Part shown: positions 19,717-32,108 of the stretch, piece by piece
How positions within the stretch are numbered: the stretch's first letter is position 1
How the letters are laid out: the number at the start of each line of letters is the position of its first letter
IMG/VR virus record: IMGVR_UViG_3300037493_003022
Span: 49,046 to 113,045 of that record
Direction: 5' to 3' (one strand)
DNA: 64,000 nt
Origin: a virus
Notes under the pieces: generated by a model
Databases searched by the model: none
What the model saw: the letters and a program-made list of their open reading frames with translations, nothing else
What the model was told of the DNA's origin: nothing
Program-made: the position numbers and the translations under genes

Positions 19717-20304
19717 TCAGTCTGTCTCCTCTGAACAATCACAGAGGTTAGCATCATCTGGAATCTTGTACCCTGTGATGACGTTCCCATATTTCTTCTT
19801 CTTACACCCGCAGGCGTAAAGGTCTCCATTCCAGTTCATCCAGATGCCTGGACAGGCGCATCCCTTGGTAGCTCCCGAGATGTCCTTTCCTCTACCCTGC
19901 TTGCAAATCCTTTCCCCTGTCCTATGCTCTAAATCCTCAAAGGCACATTGCACCCTGTCGGATACCATCCAGGATTCATGGTAGCGAGTCCGGGAGAGAG
20001 CCACGTAGAAGACATCACTGAGTCTGGAGAGGAAGATGGCTTCCCTCTCGTTGCTCCCGTTTGTGATTACTCCTGATCCCTCCATCTCGACATTCGAGTA
20101 GAGAATCTGAGTCACGAAGGATAGGAATGCAGGATGGTCTGTTGGTTCCCCTCCTCCAAGGAAAACACCTTTTCCCAAGTCCTCAGCCAGCTTCACTCCA
20201 GCCGCGAAAACATTCTCGGCCCTATAGTGCCTACCTCTTGGTGAGGCGTTTGCACAACAATGAGCGCACTGCATCTTGCAGTGGTTCGTTAGAAAGAAGT
20301 ACAT
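19717..20304 (-). CDS. Small radical SAM protein
   Basis: CKMQCAHC (CxxxCxxC), GGGEP, ITNG; Cys-rich tail CACPG...YACGC. Confidence 0.85.
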   Translation of the reverse strand: MYFFLTNHCKMQCAHCCANASPRGRHYRAENVFAAGVKLAEDLGKGVFLGGGEPTDHPAFLSFVTQILYSNVEMEGSGVITNGSNEREAIFLSRLSDVFYVALSRTRYHESWMVSDRVQCAFEDLEHRTGERICKQGRGKDISGATKGCACPGIWMNWNGDLYACGCKKKKYGNVITGYKIPDDANLCDCSEETD

Positions 20305-21479
20305 CTTACATCATCCTGCATCCAGTGAACTGCTCCAGAGCACCGATGGCTTTGAAGCAAGCGTCAACCAGGGTCATTCCCGTCGCTTCAAACATGCCTT
20401 TATGCTTTCCTACGGTACCTTCAAGGGTGACTATCCAACCCTTGTCACTGCGGTTGATCTGAACAAACTCATTCATTCGGATGGTCCTCAGAATCACTTC
20501 TTCATCAGTCATGACTGACCTCCAAAGTTATCAACATCACACATAGCTGCTAGGTCTAGTTCAGACCTTTCCTCCCTTACCCTCTTTTCTGCCTGCTCTA
20601 TTTGATCAAGAATCTCAAAGGGTTCTCTCAGTTCTTCATGGTCTCTAAAGAAGAGTTCTAACTTCATAGCATGGTAGATTGGAGGGAGTTTATCTTCGTC
20701 GTAATGAACTTTTTCACCTAAGTAACGTCGAGTATTCAATAGATGAATCCGTGACATGTTCTTCACGGGAATCTCCTCACCGCTCTTTGTTTTCCAGGTG
20801 TAGTTCTTCATTTTGGAAGTCCTTGACTGCAAATATGAGCAGCTTCTAAAGCCGCTGTCTTCTCAGAAAGGCAGTCTGGGCAGAGAGCTACGGTGATGTC
20901 GATGACATCGTTCCATATCTCATGTCTCTCTATCTCCAGCTTTCTTCCGCATCTACAAAACGCTCTGAGATCTTTCTTCTTTGCCCTGGCTCACTCCTCT
21001 CCGAATTCTTCTCTTACGAGTTTTCTATTCTCCTCTATCCGTAATCGACACTGATTATCTAGCTTATGCGTCATCATAAAGGAAGCTATATCTATAGGGT
21101 AATCAAGAAGCTCATTATAGCAGTTTTGGCAGATGTACCCGTACTTAGGAGAATACTTCTCACAGAGGATAGCTTGGCAACCTCTTCTATTACAGGGCAT
21201 GATTCCCATGTTAGTCCTCCAAGATTTGTACGCCGTGATGAAAGGTTTGAATCTCAATAAGATCGCAACGAGGACATCTGAACTGAAACCCGTTTTCTTC
21301 CCGCAAACTCTGAAGGAAGAGTCCGCAGATGGATGGACCCTCGTCAGGAGTAACGACGAACCGGCAGTCACTACCTGACGACGTTGAGCAGATATTCCCC
21401 TCTGCTATATCAAGAACAACTTTAACCTTGAGTTCCATTAGTAGCTCCGTTTGTTGTTCGAAGTTTGTGTGTTGTGTTT

Positions 21480-21505
21480 CATCAAGAAGATCATAGCAGA
21501 AAACT
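21480..21505 (-). promoter_or_regulatory. Repeated promoter element (7 nt spacer variant)
   Basis: AGTTttctgc-TATGAT-cttcttg-ATGAAACACAACACACAAAC. Confidence 0.65.
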
Positions 21506-21812
21506 ATGACGAATGGGAGTTAATTAAGCTAGCTTCAAACTAGAATCTGCTGATTTTGAAGTTCCCATCCTTATCCTGAAAGAGATCTGCTCCTGGAATG
21601 AACTGGAGCTTCTGCTACTTGGTTGCCTTGCTGAGTTGAAACTTGGACGAGTACGCCTAACCCTTTGATGGTCATGACCTTCGTACTCTTCATCCAGCCG
21701 CCTTCTTTCGAAGAAGCTTTCCCAATGCAAACCCACGCTCCTGGATCTCCGTGAACTCGGACATCGGAAACCTTCTCTTTCAACTCTTCCATGTTCGTAA
21801 CGGTTAGGTCTT

Positions 21813-22070
21813 TCACTCAGATACCTCCTCGTAAGTCATCTGGAAAATGTCATCCTTACAGGGATAGAGTTCTCCTTTGACGCCTCGGATGATCCACTCC
21901 CCTATACCAGCTTTCATTGCGCCTTCGAGGGTTTTAATCTCGATGGTTCGGTCTATTGGATTGTAAATTACACCCCGAACATGCTCTGGATTTGGATGCG
22001 TAGCGTCGAAGGTAGAATCCGTGATCTGTACTGCCTCAATGACTACTGGCTTCTTTCTGAACTTCTTCAT
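21813..22070 (-). CDS. Conserved phage protein (KKPVVIEAVQ...GELYPCK family)
   Basis: Recognisable widespread phage family of unknown function. Confidence 0.75.
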   Translation of the reverse strand: MKKFRKKPVVIEAVQITDSTFDATHPNPEHVRGVIYNPIDRTIEIKTLEGAMKAGIGEWIIRGVKGELYPCKDDIFQMTYEEVSE

Positions 22071-25000
22071 ATTATCCTCTTTGTTCTTTCGAGCATGTTT
22101 TCGATTGAGTTTTGAATACCTCTTTAGTTACGTTTACTCCATCTACAATAGACCTACACCAGCAATCTGGTGTGTCGCAGGAGAGTTTTCTTGCTGCGGC
22201 TTCTTTATGGCGAGTAATGATAGTGTCAATCGAAGCTACACCGACTATATCATTGTGATGAAACCACCTTCGAGATAAGCCGTGACCTTCACAATGGTAA
22301 ACGACGTTACCCTGGTAATTCTCATCGACTTCGAAAACTCTGAATTCTCCGTAACCTTTGACTGTTACTATATCTCCTACCCTGAAGTCTCTAGTAGTCA
22401 TGGCTTCCACTTTTTGGCAGCTGCGCACACAGATTTAATCGCTGCTCCATCCCACCCCTTCCACCCTAACTTCCTAGACGCGGCATCCTGGAGAGCGAAC
22501 ACATCAGCATCTCTAATGGGGTCTCCCTCCATAGCTACAATATAGCCGGCGACAGTTAGGTAGTGCCTTCCACAAGAGAAACCCCAATCAACTAACGGCT
22601 TCTCTTTATTCTGATTCCCAAAACTTACGTTATCGACCCACTTGGTGCATGTCGCGCACATCTCTGTCTGGCAGCTTGCGCAGCCAACTGATTCTTTGGT
22701 TTCGTCGGTCATGTCACCGATCCCTTGAGCAGAGTAGGAATATACTGATTACTGTACCCTTCATGTTACCTCCCAGTAAAAAAGAACGTCCACACTGGAG
22801 CTGACGGATGTGCTAGCGACCAAATGAGGTACTTAACTAAAACGATCGCTGCTATAAATACAGCTACGGCTAGGACAATCATAAACTCCTTCATATCACT
22901 TCTCTAGCTCCCAGTTTGGTTCAAAGTTATGGATTAAATTCCCTACCTCTTTCGGGGTAAGCACACCTTTCTCTATGAGAAGCATGAGCAGACCTGGAAC
23001 TATACCCTCGAGAGATCTAAAGCACGAGGTCTCTATCTCTCTATCGAGATGAACTTCTCGGTGTCCCCATGCGTCATGTTCTACTATCCTCATCTGTCGC
23101 GAATCCTTTCGTAGTATCCTTGGACGATGGCGTCGTTCTTGTACTGTCTCGCAGCAGAAGAGTCTTCGAAGCCCTCTTTCTCCATCTGCCACGCTCTGAA
23201 ACGAACCTTCACTCTATCCATGAGTACGTTGTAGGTTTCTTGATTCTTTAGATCGAGAGTTCCATCTGGAGAAGACTCCATCATCTTCTTCGCTTCTTGG
23301 CCGAAGATTTCTGAGAAGCGATCGGCTTCTTCTTGAGTCTCTATGACTGCGATAGTCATACTCCTGCCTCGTTATGACGATCCTCTGTAGAGTTCAACAG
23401 CGAGAGATAGTAGTCCTCGGAGATGATAACTACCTTTTGTCGTGCGAAAAATCCGCAGCTAGAAAGAACTGGCCGAAGGTCATTCCAATTCTCAGCTCTA
23501 ATGGAAAGGGTGTTGTTATAGGACTGCGACGGTACAATCAACGCATCACACACTACAGGCTTCATTTTGATTCTTCTCCGTTGGCTGTTTGGGTCTCATA
23601 GACCGAACATGTAAAACTCTTCAACCATATTTGGCTTTACCATCTCGGACCCAGCTTCTCATCCCGATCGCGAATTTCTATGAGATAACCGATGGCACTC
23701 TTTAACCCGTGGATAGCAATCAGATTCATCAAATCTGTAAACATCAACCGAGTCTTCAGCTCACCGATCTTAGATACGAGCTTTGGCCTCGTGAGAGCAC
23801 GAAGAGAGGTCATGGCCTCATACCAAGCCTCTGCTGACTTTCTATCGATTATGTCCACTACTGGACTCTCCAGACTTGATAGATACCTTTGCTACCTGAG
23901 AGGTTGAATTCCGAATAGGTAAACTGACCTACTTCCAATGCTGCGGGGAAGACGATTCCTTTGTTACCACTGGGAAGGTAGTGCGCGTAACTCCGAAGAT
24001 ACACATTACCTTCATCGATAACTCCTATGAGACCTGGAGTTAGGAACCCGCCTTCCTCATCCCTTGGAGGATTTCCGTCATTGGCATCCCACAGGATGAA
24101 CTTCTTTATCGCGATACCTTTTGCCATTTTGCAGGAGTTCTCACATGCGAGAGCTTTCTCGGCTGATTTGTACCTCGTGTTACAAAGCTCGCAAACGAAC
24201 CTGTGGATAACTACTTCTTCGATCGTCTCTTTCATTGGTGATCATTCCTTACTCGCTCTCTTTCGAGGAAAGCTAGTGCTCGGTACTTAGTGAGAGCATC
24301 AATCAGGGCATCTGCTGATTCTGGTGTGATATGCCATGAGATAGGTTCCTCATTGTCGCATAGGGCGAGAGAAGAGATCTTCACATGGGGACCTTCACAC
24401 TTGAATAGAAGTGCCCCATCCTTGTGATAAATCTCAAAGCACGGTTGAACTTTAGCTTCGGTCATTCTCCACCTCTTTCTCGAATCTTGTTTCTGAGTTC
24501 TTTGACTCTAAGTTTGTAATCAAGATCCTTACCGTAGTTCATAGTATGCGTCGTCAGGTAGTCTATCCAATGCTCAAGGGCGAGTTCTACTTCCTTCCAC
24601 TCCCATACAGTTAAGTCATCTATGGGGAGAGCTTCTTTCATTCTAAAATTAATACAAGTAGCTACTAGATTACCTTGATGTTCATACTTTGAGAAAACTT
24701 CACAATGCAATCTACTATAGCATACTGAACATAGATGTTCTGTCATGGTTTCACCTTAAATCGCAGTCATCGAATCTAGGACATCTGGCCTCATCCAACA
24801 ACTGCTTGAGATGGATGATTCCCTCTTCTGCTGATTTTAACTTACCTCGGAGTTCCTGATTCTCATTATAAAGAGCGACAGTAGCGTAAGTCTGAGCTTT
24901 CAATTCATCTACTAATGTATCCTTAGACTCAGATCTATCCTTGCACCCTAAATAAGAGCAAGATGGGCACTCTATCCAAGCTCGAATAACCGTACCATCA

Positions 25001-25947
25001 GGAACTTCATTAGAAACAATGGAGCCGCAGTTACAGCAACGAATTCTCATCTCCACACCACCCTTCCAGTAACCACCCTGCCGATTTTGATTCCAGGAAT
25101 CTGGAGAAGGAGACGCTCGTAGATGCCGATGCCTACCCTATCAAGCCCGGAATAGGACTCGCTTTGGGAAAGAGCTGCCAAGGTTTTGAAACCACCTCCA
25201 AGAGCAGGCATCATCCTTGCTGCGGCTTTTCTATCAGCGTCCGTGAACTTATCGTCAGCATCCGGGTGGAGCGAATGGGAGAGCATGGGACCGGACAGGA
25301 CGTGCTTGATGAAAGCTCCTTCGTCTGCTTCATCAGCATCATAGACGAGAGCGTTTTCTTCAGCGTTTTCCACATATCCTTCCAGGGTTCCACCCGAGGA
25401 CGAGCAATCTCTTGCTGAAGCGTGCCATCCAGCAAGTCCTCTACCAAGACACGTCCATTTGGTGTCGTAGGGCATCAGTCTTCCTCCTCTTCTCCATGTA
25501 GCGCTTTCGGCATTTTCTTTTCGAAAAGATCTGCGAGCTTTTGCATAGTTTCGGAGATCTCGAAATCATTCTTATCGTCGAGTTCTTGAGCTTCAGGATA
25601 AGCTCCGATGGTCAGTTCGAGCATTTCAAAAGCCCGAAAGAGCATCGAGCATTTACCACTATTCGCAGTCTCTTTTTGCCATACAAACACGAGTCACCTC
25701 CGTTTGTTGTTCAGAGTCTGGGCATGTTCTCCATCTTCGATCTTCGTAACTCACGATAGTCCATCTCTTCGATGATGAGAGAGATTCTACGTTTGGCGGC
25801 TTTGAATTGTGATTCCATCTCACCCATGTAGAGTTCGGCGTCAGTCAACTCATCGTCGAGTTGCTGATCCGTCATCTTCTCTACTTTGGCATCATTGTCC
25901 GGGTCGTAGGTCATTTCAGACTCCTCGTTGTTGTTTCGAGTTGTTTT

Positions 25948-25972
25948 CATGAATCAATTATACAAGATAGCT
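25948..25972 (-). promoter_or_regulatory. Repeated promoter element (-10 / 6 nt / ATG class)
   Basis: AGCTatcttg-TATAAT-tgattc-ATGAAAACAACTCGAAACAACAAC. Confidence 0.75.
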
Positions 25973-26682
25973 GTAGATAAGAGAAGATAAAAGAGAAGTC
26001 TACAAAGATTAACTAAGGTCACACATTATCCCAAGCCCTCTTATCCCCGTATCCAAGTTGAGCACCTTCAACAAGAAATACATCACTACGGCTATCGCCT
26101 GGGTTAAGACAAGCTTCTTCAGGTTCACCGAGTTCACACTCAAAATCTTGCCGCTGGATAGCTCCTGCGATGGAGTATTCGAATGGCCAGTGCGGCTGGC
26201 TCATGATTCGAACATCAGCATCATCGTTGGCACCGTCGTCAGAGATCTCTTCTAAAAGCTCAATCAAAGCTCTGAGTTTCATTTCATACCTCCATATATA
26301 CCCATGGTCTTACTGTTTCAGTTGAGACTCTGTGAAACTTAACAGCGGTATATCCTGGAACAATATCTTCCCTTTTACCTCCGCGTGTTTCTAGGCGGCG
26401 AGAATATTCTAGCGGAAAGTAGCGAGGAACTTCATGTTCATCCTCAAAGCCATCTTTCCAGAAGAATTTAACTCTGACGTAGCTAGAGTTACTCATACTT
26501 CCTCCAGATGTTCGCAACAGTCTTCGAGGTCGCCGTTTTGTTCGAAGTCACAGTCCTGGGGAACATTCGTATTCCACGGCTTCCTATTCCAAGATGGCGC
26601 TAGAGGACAACCTCCCATCATACCTTTTCGATGATGGGTACAGACGACCTTCTTACCCTTGAGAACGCCCCCGTCTTTCCAG

Positions 26683-26844
26683 TCAACTTTCTCCATCTGA
26701 AACCTCCTCGTATCTATTGCAGGCGGGAGAATCTTCATCTTTTGCGAGATAGAACTTCAAACAACCTGTTTTATAGCGAAAATACTCGCATGAAGCACAA
26801 GTGGGAGCTTCGTTTTGTTCATTTTCGTTTTGATTGTTTGGCAT
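26683..26844 (-). CDS. 53 aa Cys-motif protein, leaderless (absent from the ORF track)
   Basis: MPNNQNENEQNEAPTCASCEYFRYKTGCLKFYLAKDEDSPACNRYEEVSDGES; starts at the promoter ATG. Confidence 0.55.
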   Translation of the reverse strand: MPNNQNENEQNEAPTCASCEYFRYKTGCLKFYLAKDEDSPACNRYEEVSDGES

Positions 26845-26866
26845 GAGTCAATTGTAGCAAACAACT
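26842..26866 (-). promoter_or_regulatory. Repeated promoter element (-10 / 6 nt / ATG class)
   Basis: AGTTgtttgc-TACAAT-tgactc-ATGCCAAACAATCAAAAC. Confidence 0.7.
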
Positions 26867-28251
26867 GAGTTAAAAAGAAGGGAATAAGAAGAGCTGTTTT
26901 TGAAGAAATAGCTGTGAAAACTGGGGGTTCGCTCCGCTCACCATATTCAAGCAGAGGAAAGGAAGAAAGGCAGGACTTAAGAGTGTCATATCCTAGATAG
27001 CATGTCAAGAGAATAAGTTAGACCTATCTACCTAGTGGAAATGATTGGTATTTCGGGAGAAACGATTCTTAGGTGAGAGCTACATTACTCCAGTTTTTCC
27101 AACTTTAGCTCTAGCCTAAATTCGGAGTTCGAATAACAACCTCATTCAGATTGTACTTAGCTACTCCAGCTTCTGTTTCTGAGGGATACTGCATAGCCCA
27201 CTTGTCGCCGAATGTGTGGAGCATCTTCTCTCGGGCTCTATCCCAGCTTCCTTGAATCTTAATGTAGCATCCAGCAAAGACGGGATGACCAACACCAAAC
27301 GTAAAGACCCACTCTCTGATGTCTTCTGTCATGATTTCACCTTGTAGGGAATTGGAGCGTCCTCGTCTACTTCTTCTTCCTTGAAGGAAATTTCGCCAGA
27401 AATAAGAGCTTGCTCAGCTCCCATTACAGAATCGAAATTGCCGCATACTGGACATCGATAACCCATTGCGTCAGGTTCAACTCCGTCTGCTGTGAACTCT
27501 TCACAGATCGTACACCAACCCGCATCGTCCTCCTGGGCAGCGAGGTACTCCTCTTCTAGAATAATCTTCATCGGTCCTCCTAGTCAGTGAATTCGGGAAC
27601 GGCCCCGATAACTTGATACACGAGAGAGTGCTTGATGAGACAGGTACACTCGGCGAGGGACAGTCCGGGCCATAGTTCGCGATACCTGGGATGGTAACAG
27701 TCCATCCGGCTATGAGGAATCTGGTTAAGATTCGGATCTTCCAGAAAGAGTTTCGTCAACTCCTCCTTGGTTCCGAAAATCGTCGTGTTGAGAAAGCTAA
27801 CTCCTGTCATCTTCCTCATATGACAATATTTCTCGAAATACTCCCTGCTTGTCTTACATTTCAGCATTAAACAATCCTTCCGTAAGGGCCGTCATCGGCC
27901 GCATTTGCATCCTGTTGTTGTCGAATCAACTCGCCATAACGACGAGTCACATCGTAAATTAGCGGAGCCTGGAGGAAGGGAAACCACCCGGCTGAGTGAT
28001 CCTTGCACACCCTCTCGATGAGTTCCTGAATTTCGGTAGGGTCGGAATCCTCGGAGAGAAGATCAACCTCTACCGAGTATTCGTAAACGTCCTCTCGCCA
28101 GACATCATCCTTCCTGCGCGCAAAATAGCCCTCGCTATCCAAAGAGGTGACGTAAATACTCTCTAGACATCCGTCCGGGCATTTTCCAGCGTTCAGATTG
28201 CAGGAATTACACTTCATGATCGACCTCCATTGTTTGTTTGGTGGTTGTTTT

Positions 28252-28275
28252 CATGAGTTAATTATAGCAGACGCT
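28252..28275 (-). promoter_or_regulatory. Repeated promoter element (-10 / 6 nt / ATG class)
   Basis: AGCGtctgc-TATAAT-taactc-ATGAAAACAACCACCAAACAAAC. Confidence 0.75.
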
Positions 28276-28316
28276 TAGATAAAGAGGAGGGAAAACAGAG
28301 AGCTTAAAGAAGGAGA

Positions 28317-28436
28317 ATACTACCCGTAATTAGCTAACGGGGGTTAGGCCGCATTAGATTGCCTTGAACGGATAATCCACTGAGCGCAAACGATTGTTCA
28401 TTCGAGTCCCTAGGCGCACCTAATTACGGGTAGCAC
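28317..28436 (-). ncRNA. Candidate structured ncRNA
   Basis: Perfect 14 bp closing inverted repeat CTACCCGTAATTAG (28320-28333 / 28420-28433) enclosing three sub-stems; intergenic. Confidence 0.5.
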
Positions 28437-29088
28437 CGAAGAATTATTCTTCGGAAATCTCCAAAATCACAGTAACCTACTTCTGAGTTTCTCCAAAATT
28501 TTGATGCAACTCTTGCAGGTAACTTTTTCTAAATAAACTGTGAGCTTGTACTTAGACCCCGTATACATGGAAGACCTGGATTCTGCTTTGCATACAGGTG
28601 TCGGTTCGAAGAATCTACCATCTCTAAAGTGAATAACAACAGCTCTATCCCTATTTCTAGTTCTAAGAGAGCTTTCTTCCCCCATCATCGTTCCCATTCT
28701 TTAGGAAGAAACCCGCCCTTAGAAAGCCACTCGTCAAGACCCATAACTAGGGATACAAGACGATCAGCTTTTAACTCAACCTCTCTGCTGGAGAGATAAG
28801 AGCCCGAATCTAACTCTTTCGTTATCTCACGAATCTCTCTAAGATTTTCATTTGGGTCCATCTATAACCTCCAGTATCTGCTTCAAGGAAGCATTGTCGA
28901 AAGATAGGACTTTCATCCACCTGCCAGCTTGATAACGAAATCCAGAACCACAGCACAAGCAAAGAACAAGAGAGTCTTTTGGCCCGGTGTTAGAAGCGCA
29001 TGAGCACCAGGAGTCTCGATAGAGTTCGACGCTTTCCCTGTGAGGGCTTTCACTATCTTCTACCTCCTTGAAGATGATCTCAGTCATT

Positions 29089-29700
29089 TCAATCTTGAGT
29101 GATAGCTTCTATTGAAAGAGGATACTTAGTTGGTTGTTCGCTATCGTACTCCGCATACTTAGTACGCCAGAAGTCACGATCGTCTGAGAGGGCTTTCTTC
29201 TCATTGGCGAGGCAAGCCTTCTCGTATGCTTGCTCACGAACACGGCTTTCCAGCTCTTGAATCCTGACTTTCTTCAGAGTGATCTTCTCCATAAGCTCCT
29301 CGTTCCTTGCGAGCGCAGCTTCATGGAGTTGCTCAAGTCGAACACGAGTAGTCTTCTCCTTGCAGGTCTCCTTGACGGCAAGGTCTCTGATCTCCTCGTA
29401 CTCCTTCAGCTCCTTATTGCGCTGAGCAGCTTTCTTGTGAAGCTGGGTAGTGATCTCTTTGAACTCGTCCTCTTGGTCGTCAAGTGTGGCCATGAGAGCC
29501 CGAATGGCAACCTCAGCGAGTTCCTTGCTCTCTAGGACGACTGTCAGGTTGTACGAGATGCCCGACTTAGTTGTGAGGATCTCGTGTTTCGCATTCGGCC
29601 CGAATGACATCTTGACCTGCTGCTCCGCACGTTCCGCATTCGTCAGAGTTTCTTCGTTCATCTTCGTCTCGTTCATGTCTGTTTCTCCTTGGGTATCCAT
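29089..29700 (-). CDS. Coiled-coil hypothetical protein
   Basis: E/K/L-rich heptads; the stronger SD favours the second Met (MNETK). Confidence 0.6.
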   Translation of the reverse strand: MDTQGETDMNETKMNEETLTNAERAEQQVKMSFGPNAKHEILTTKSGISYNLTVVLESKELAEVAIRALMATLDDQEDEFKEITTQLHKKAAQRNKELKEYEEIRDLAVKETCKEKTTRVRLEQLHEAALARNEELMEKITLKKVRIQELESRVREQAYEKACLANEKKALSDDRDFWRTKYAEYDSEQPTKYPLSIEAITQD

Positions 29701-29970
29701 CGTCTAGTTGCGCGGAATCCATTTTCCGCAAAAATCTGTTTAGTCGGTCAATATCCATCAGGAAATCTTCTTTCCGATGACAGCGAGAACCCTGTATGAG
29801 TCGCGGGGAACCATGTCAAGGGCGTCTGTGATAAGATCGAGCCAGGAATTCTCGATAGTGATGATTTCGGTGACGCCGTCTCTCTTCAACGAAACTGTGA
29901 CAAACCACTTCATTTCAACTCCTTTTGCTACGCTCCTCGTATTGAGTGAGCAGTTTGTTTGATTAGTTGG

Positions 29971-29995
29971 CATGTAGGAATCATATAGCAGAACT
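29971..29995 (-). promoter_or_regulatory. Repeated promoter element (-10 / 6 nt / ATG class)
   Basis: AGTTctgcta-TATGAT-tcctac-ATGCCAACTAATCAAACAAAC. Confidence 0.7.
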
Positions 29996-30618
29996 TGATC
30001 AGTTTCGAGCATTTTAAAACGGCTGTTTATTTTGGTTTCCCGCCGTTTATCGAAATCTTGATATGCTTTCCGTCCTCGTTCGTCTCCGCGTCTTCGTGTA
30101 GAAGCTTCGAAAAGATAGCCCATGATTCCCATTTGTCGGGCTTCTTTTCCTTTGGTTTCTTTCCATAGTTCAATAGGAACTTCGGAGTTATTAACTGGTC
30201 CAGCTCCATAATAGCGTCCATAAATCCGCATAATACAGAGTTCAGAGGACGCCATAGCAGCAAGATCAGCCGCCTGGACACCCGCAGGAACCTCTGCATT
30301 TACGACCGGCGGGAAGTACAGAAGTGGCCCATGATCTCTGAAAGCTTCTTGTCGAAGATCCTGGTGACAGGAAGAAGCATGTTCTTCAACTCCTCCAGGT
30401 CGTTCTCGTCGAGATCGTCCTCGGGAAGACTCCACTGGATAGGAGCCTCCGAAGGGGTAATCTCCAGAGTGATTTGGAAACTCCCGCTCTTCTCCACGGC
30501 TCGAACTTGAAAGCCTCCAGCGATGACACCGAACTTGATATTGTCTGACCTCATGATGACTTCCTTTTGAACACCTTTTCATTTGTTTGCGAAATACGAA
30601 CAAAGTTTGTGATGTGTT

Positions 30619-30643
30619 CATGGGTTAATTATAGGGGATAGCT
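30619..30643 (-). promoter_or_regulatory. Repeated promoter element (-10 / 6 nt / ATG class)
   Basis: AGCTatcccc-TATAAT-taaccc-ATGAACACATCACAAAC. Confidence 0.75.
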
Positions 30644-31454
30644 TGTTGGTTTAATAGTAAAAAAGTTAAACATATCTCAGTTGAAGAGAATTAGTGTGCG
30701 AGGGTATGCACAGATAAAGAAGGGAGATCAGGTAGAGAATTTTACAGAAGATACTTAGGAGAGAACGTGCGAGGAAGAGGGGTGCTCAAGAACTTCTAGT
30801 TCATCACCGGCTTGGAAAGGGAGCGACTCAGTATCGAATCGAATCTCTTCCTTCAGAGGATTGTTTCCACCCGAGGAATACTCTTTCCACATTCGTTTCT
30901 TTTTGAGATCTCCGACAAGGATAACTGCGATTGTCGATCGCTTATTTAAGCGAGGTCTGCCGAGAACAAGCTTTGTGCCAGGGTCGTAATCAGAAGCCTT
31001 CAGGATTACGTAATCCCAAACATTCAACCCGTCATTGAAAGTTCCATCCGGTTGTACTACCCAGCGGTAACCCATGAAACATCTCCAGTCTTCGACTTAC
31101 AGACCGCTAACCACAAAGCTTTTTACTTTTTCGGCTCTATCTCAGTTGTAGAGAATGGGAGCCTTGGAAGTAGGGAATGCGATAACATTGCCCTCATATA
31201 CCATCGGAACAGGCTCATGGAAAGAACTAAGAGACTCTCTAACTAAAGAATCGAACTCGACCGGGGAAATTTGGCAGGCACTTGCGGAATAAACTTTCAT
31301 GCTAATCAGCAGTTGGCCCAGGGCGTCTTTGAATTCTTCTTTCGAGAGCTTCTTGGACATGTGGGTGTGCGACTCGGAGTCACCGTCACAACTCTTTTTG
31401 TACGTGAAGGTAGCGGACAGATCTTCAGATTGAGTATTCTTGCTGCGACAATGC

Positions 31455-32090
31455 TCACACATTCCGTTTCTCTCTTTCTATGTCTGCGATTCGTCGAATC
31501 GTCTCATTGCAGACACCCATTAGTTCCGCAATGGTCTGATGAGTCCAGCCTCGGCTTAGCAGGCGCTGAACTTTCTTTCTATCAGCGTCGCAAAGCTTAA
31601 CCTGAACTTGTTTTTCGATGGATTCTTTTTTGACGGAGTGGACAAGGCGATTCACTTTTGCTCTGGACATGCCAAGAAGAGCTGCAATAGACCTTTCGGA
31701 TTTACCGAAACGCTTCAATTGCCGGGCTTGCTCTATCTCTTCTTCTGTAATGCTGCCTGGAGATCGGCGGGGCTTAGACCAGCCCAGTTGGTCGAGGGTC
31801 TCTACATCGTAGACACCTACTGGGCGTCCGTGGTGGTCTAGTTCAACTGCGACTAAACTATCTTTTCGCCCTTCAATGCCAAAAATAACTACTGGTCCGA
31901 TGTCTTCATGGCGTCTGTGTTCCCCCGGAAAGAAATCTATATGTTTTTTGCCATCCGGGACAAACGTGGTCGAGTTCATCAAATGCCTCCAATAAACACC
32001 AACGAGTCTCTTCTGTCTCGTTATCATAAAGATGGCGAGAAGCCATCGCCACAGCCCAGAGGGCTCGTTCTCTGGAGAGGGCCTTCTCAC
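31455..32090 (-). CDS. DNA-binding protein with two HTH motifs
   Basis: SERSIAALLGMSRAKVNR and THQTIAELMGVCNETIRR; real start probably MNSTT after GGAGG. Confidence 0.7.
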   Translation of the reverse strand: MRRPSPENEPSGLWRWLLAIFMITRQKRLVGVYWRHLMNSTTFVPDGKKHIDFFPGEHRRHEDIGPVVIFGIEGRKDSLVAVELDHHGRPVGVYDVETLDQLGWSKPRRSPGSITEEEIEQARQLKRFGKSERSIAALLGMSRAKVNRLVHSVKKESIEKQVQVKLCDADRKKVQRLLSRGWTHQTIAELMGVCNETIRRIADIEREKRNV

Positions 32091-32108
32091 TGCCTGGAGG
32101 GTTCTGGC

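Noticed and set aside
27001-27025. Possible 13th promoter element (TATTCT-6 nt-ATG)
   Set aside because: Spacing fits, but it opens only MLSRI*, lacks the CA-rich tract and has no clear AGY element; left out of the count.
29758-30621. 287 aa ORF
   Set aside because: Overlaps a better SD-led gene (30300-30554) and spans an internal promoter at 29971-29995; only its 3' end looks like a real gene.
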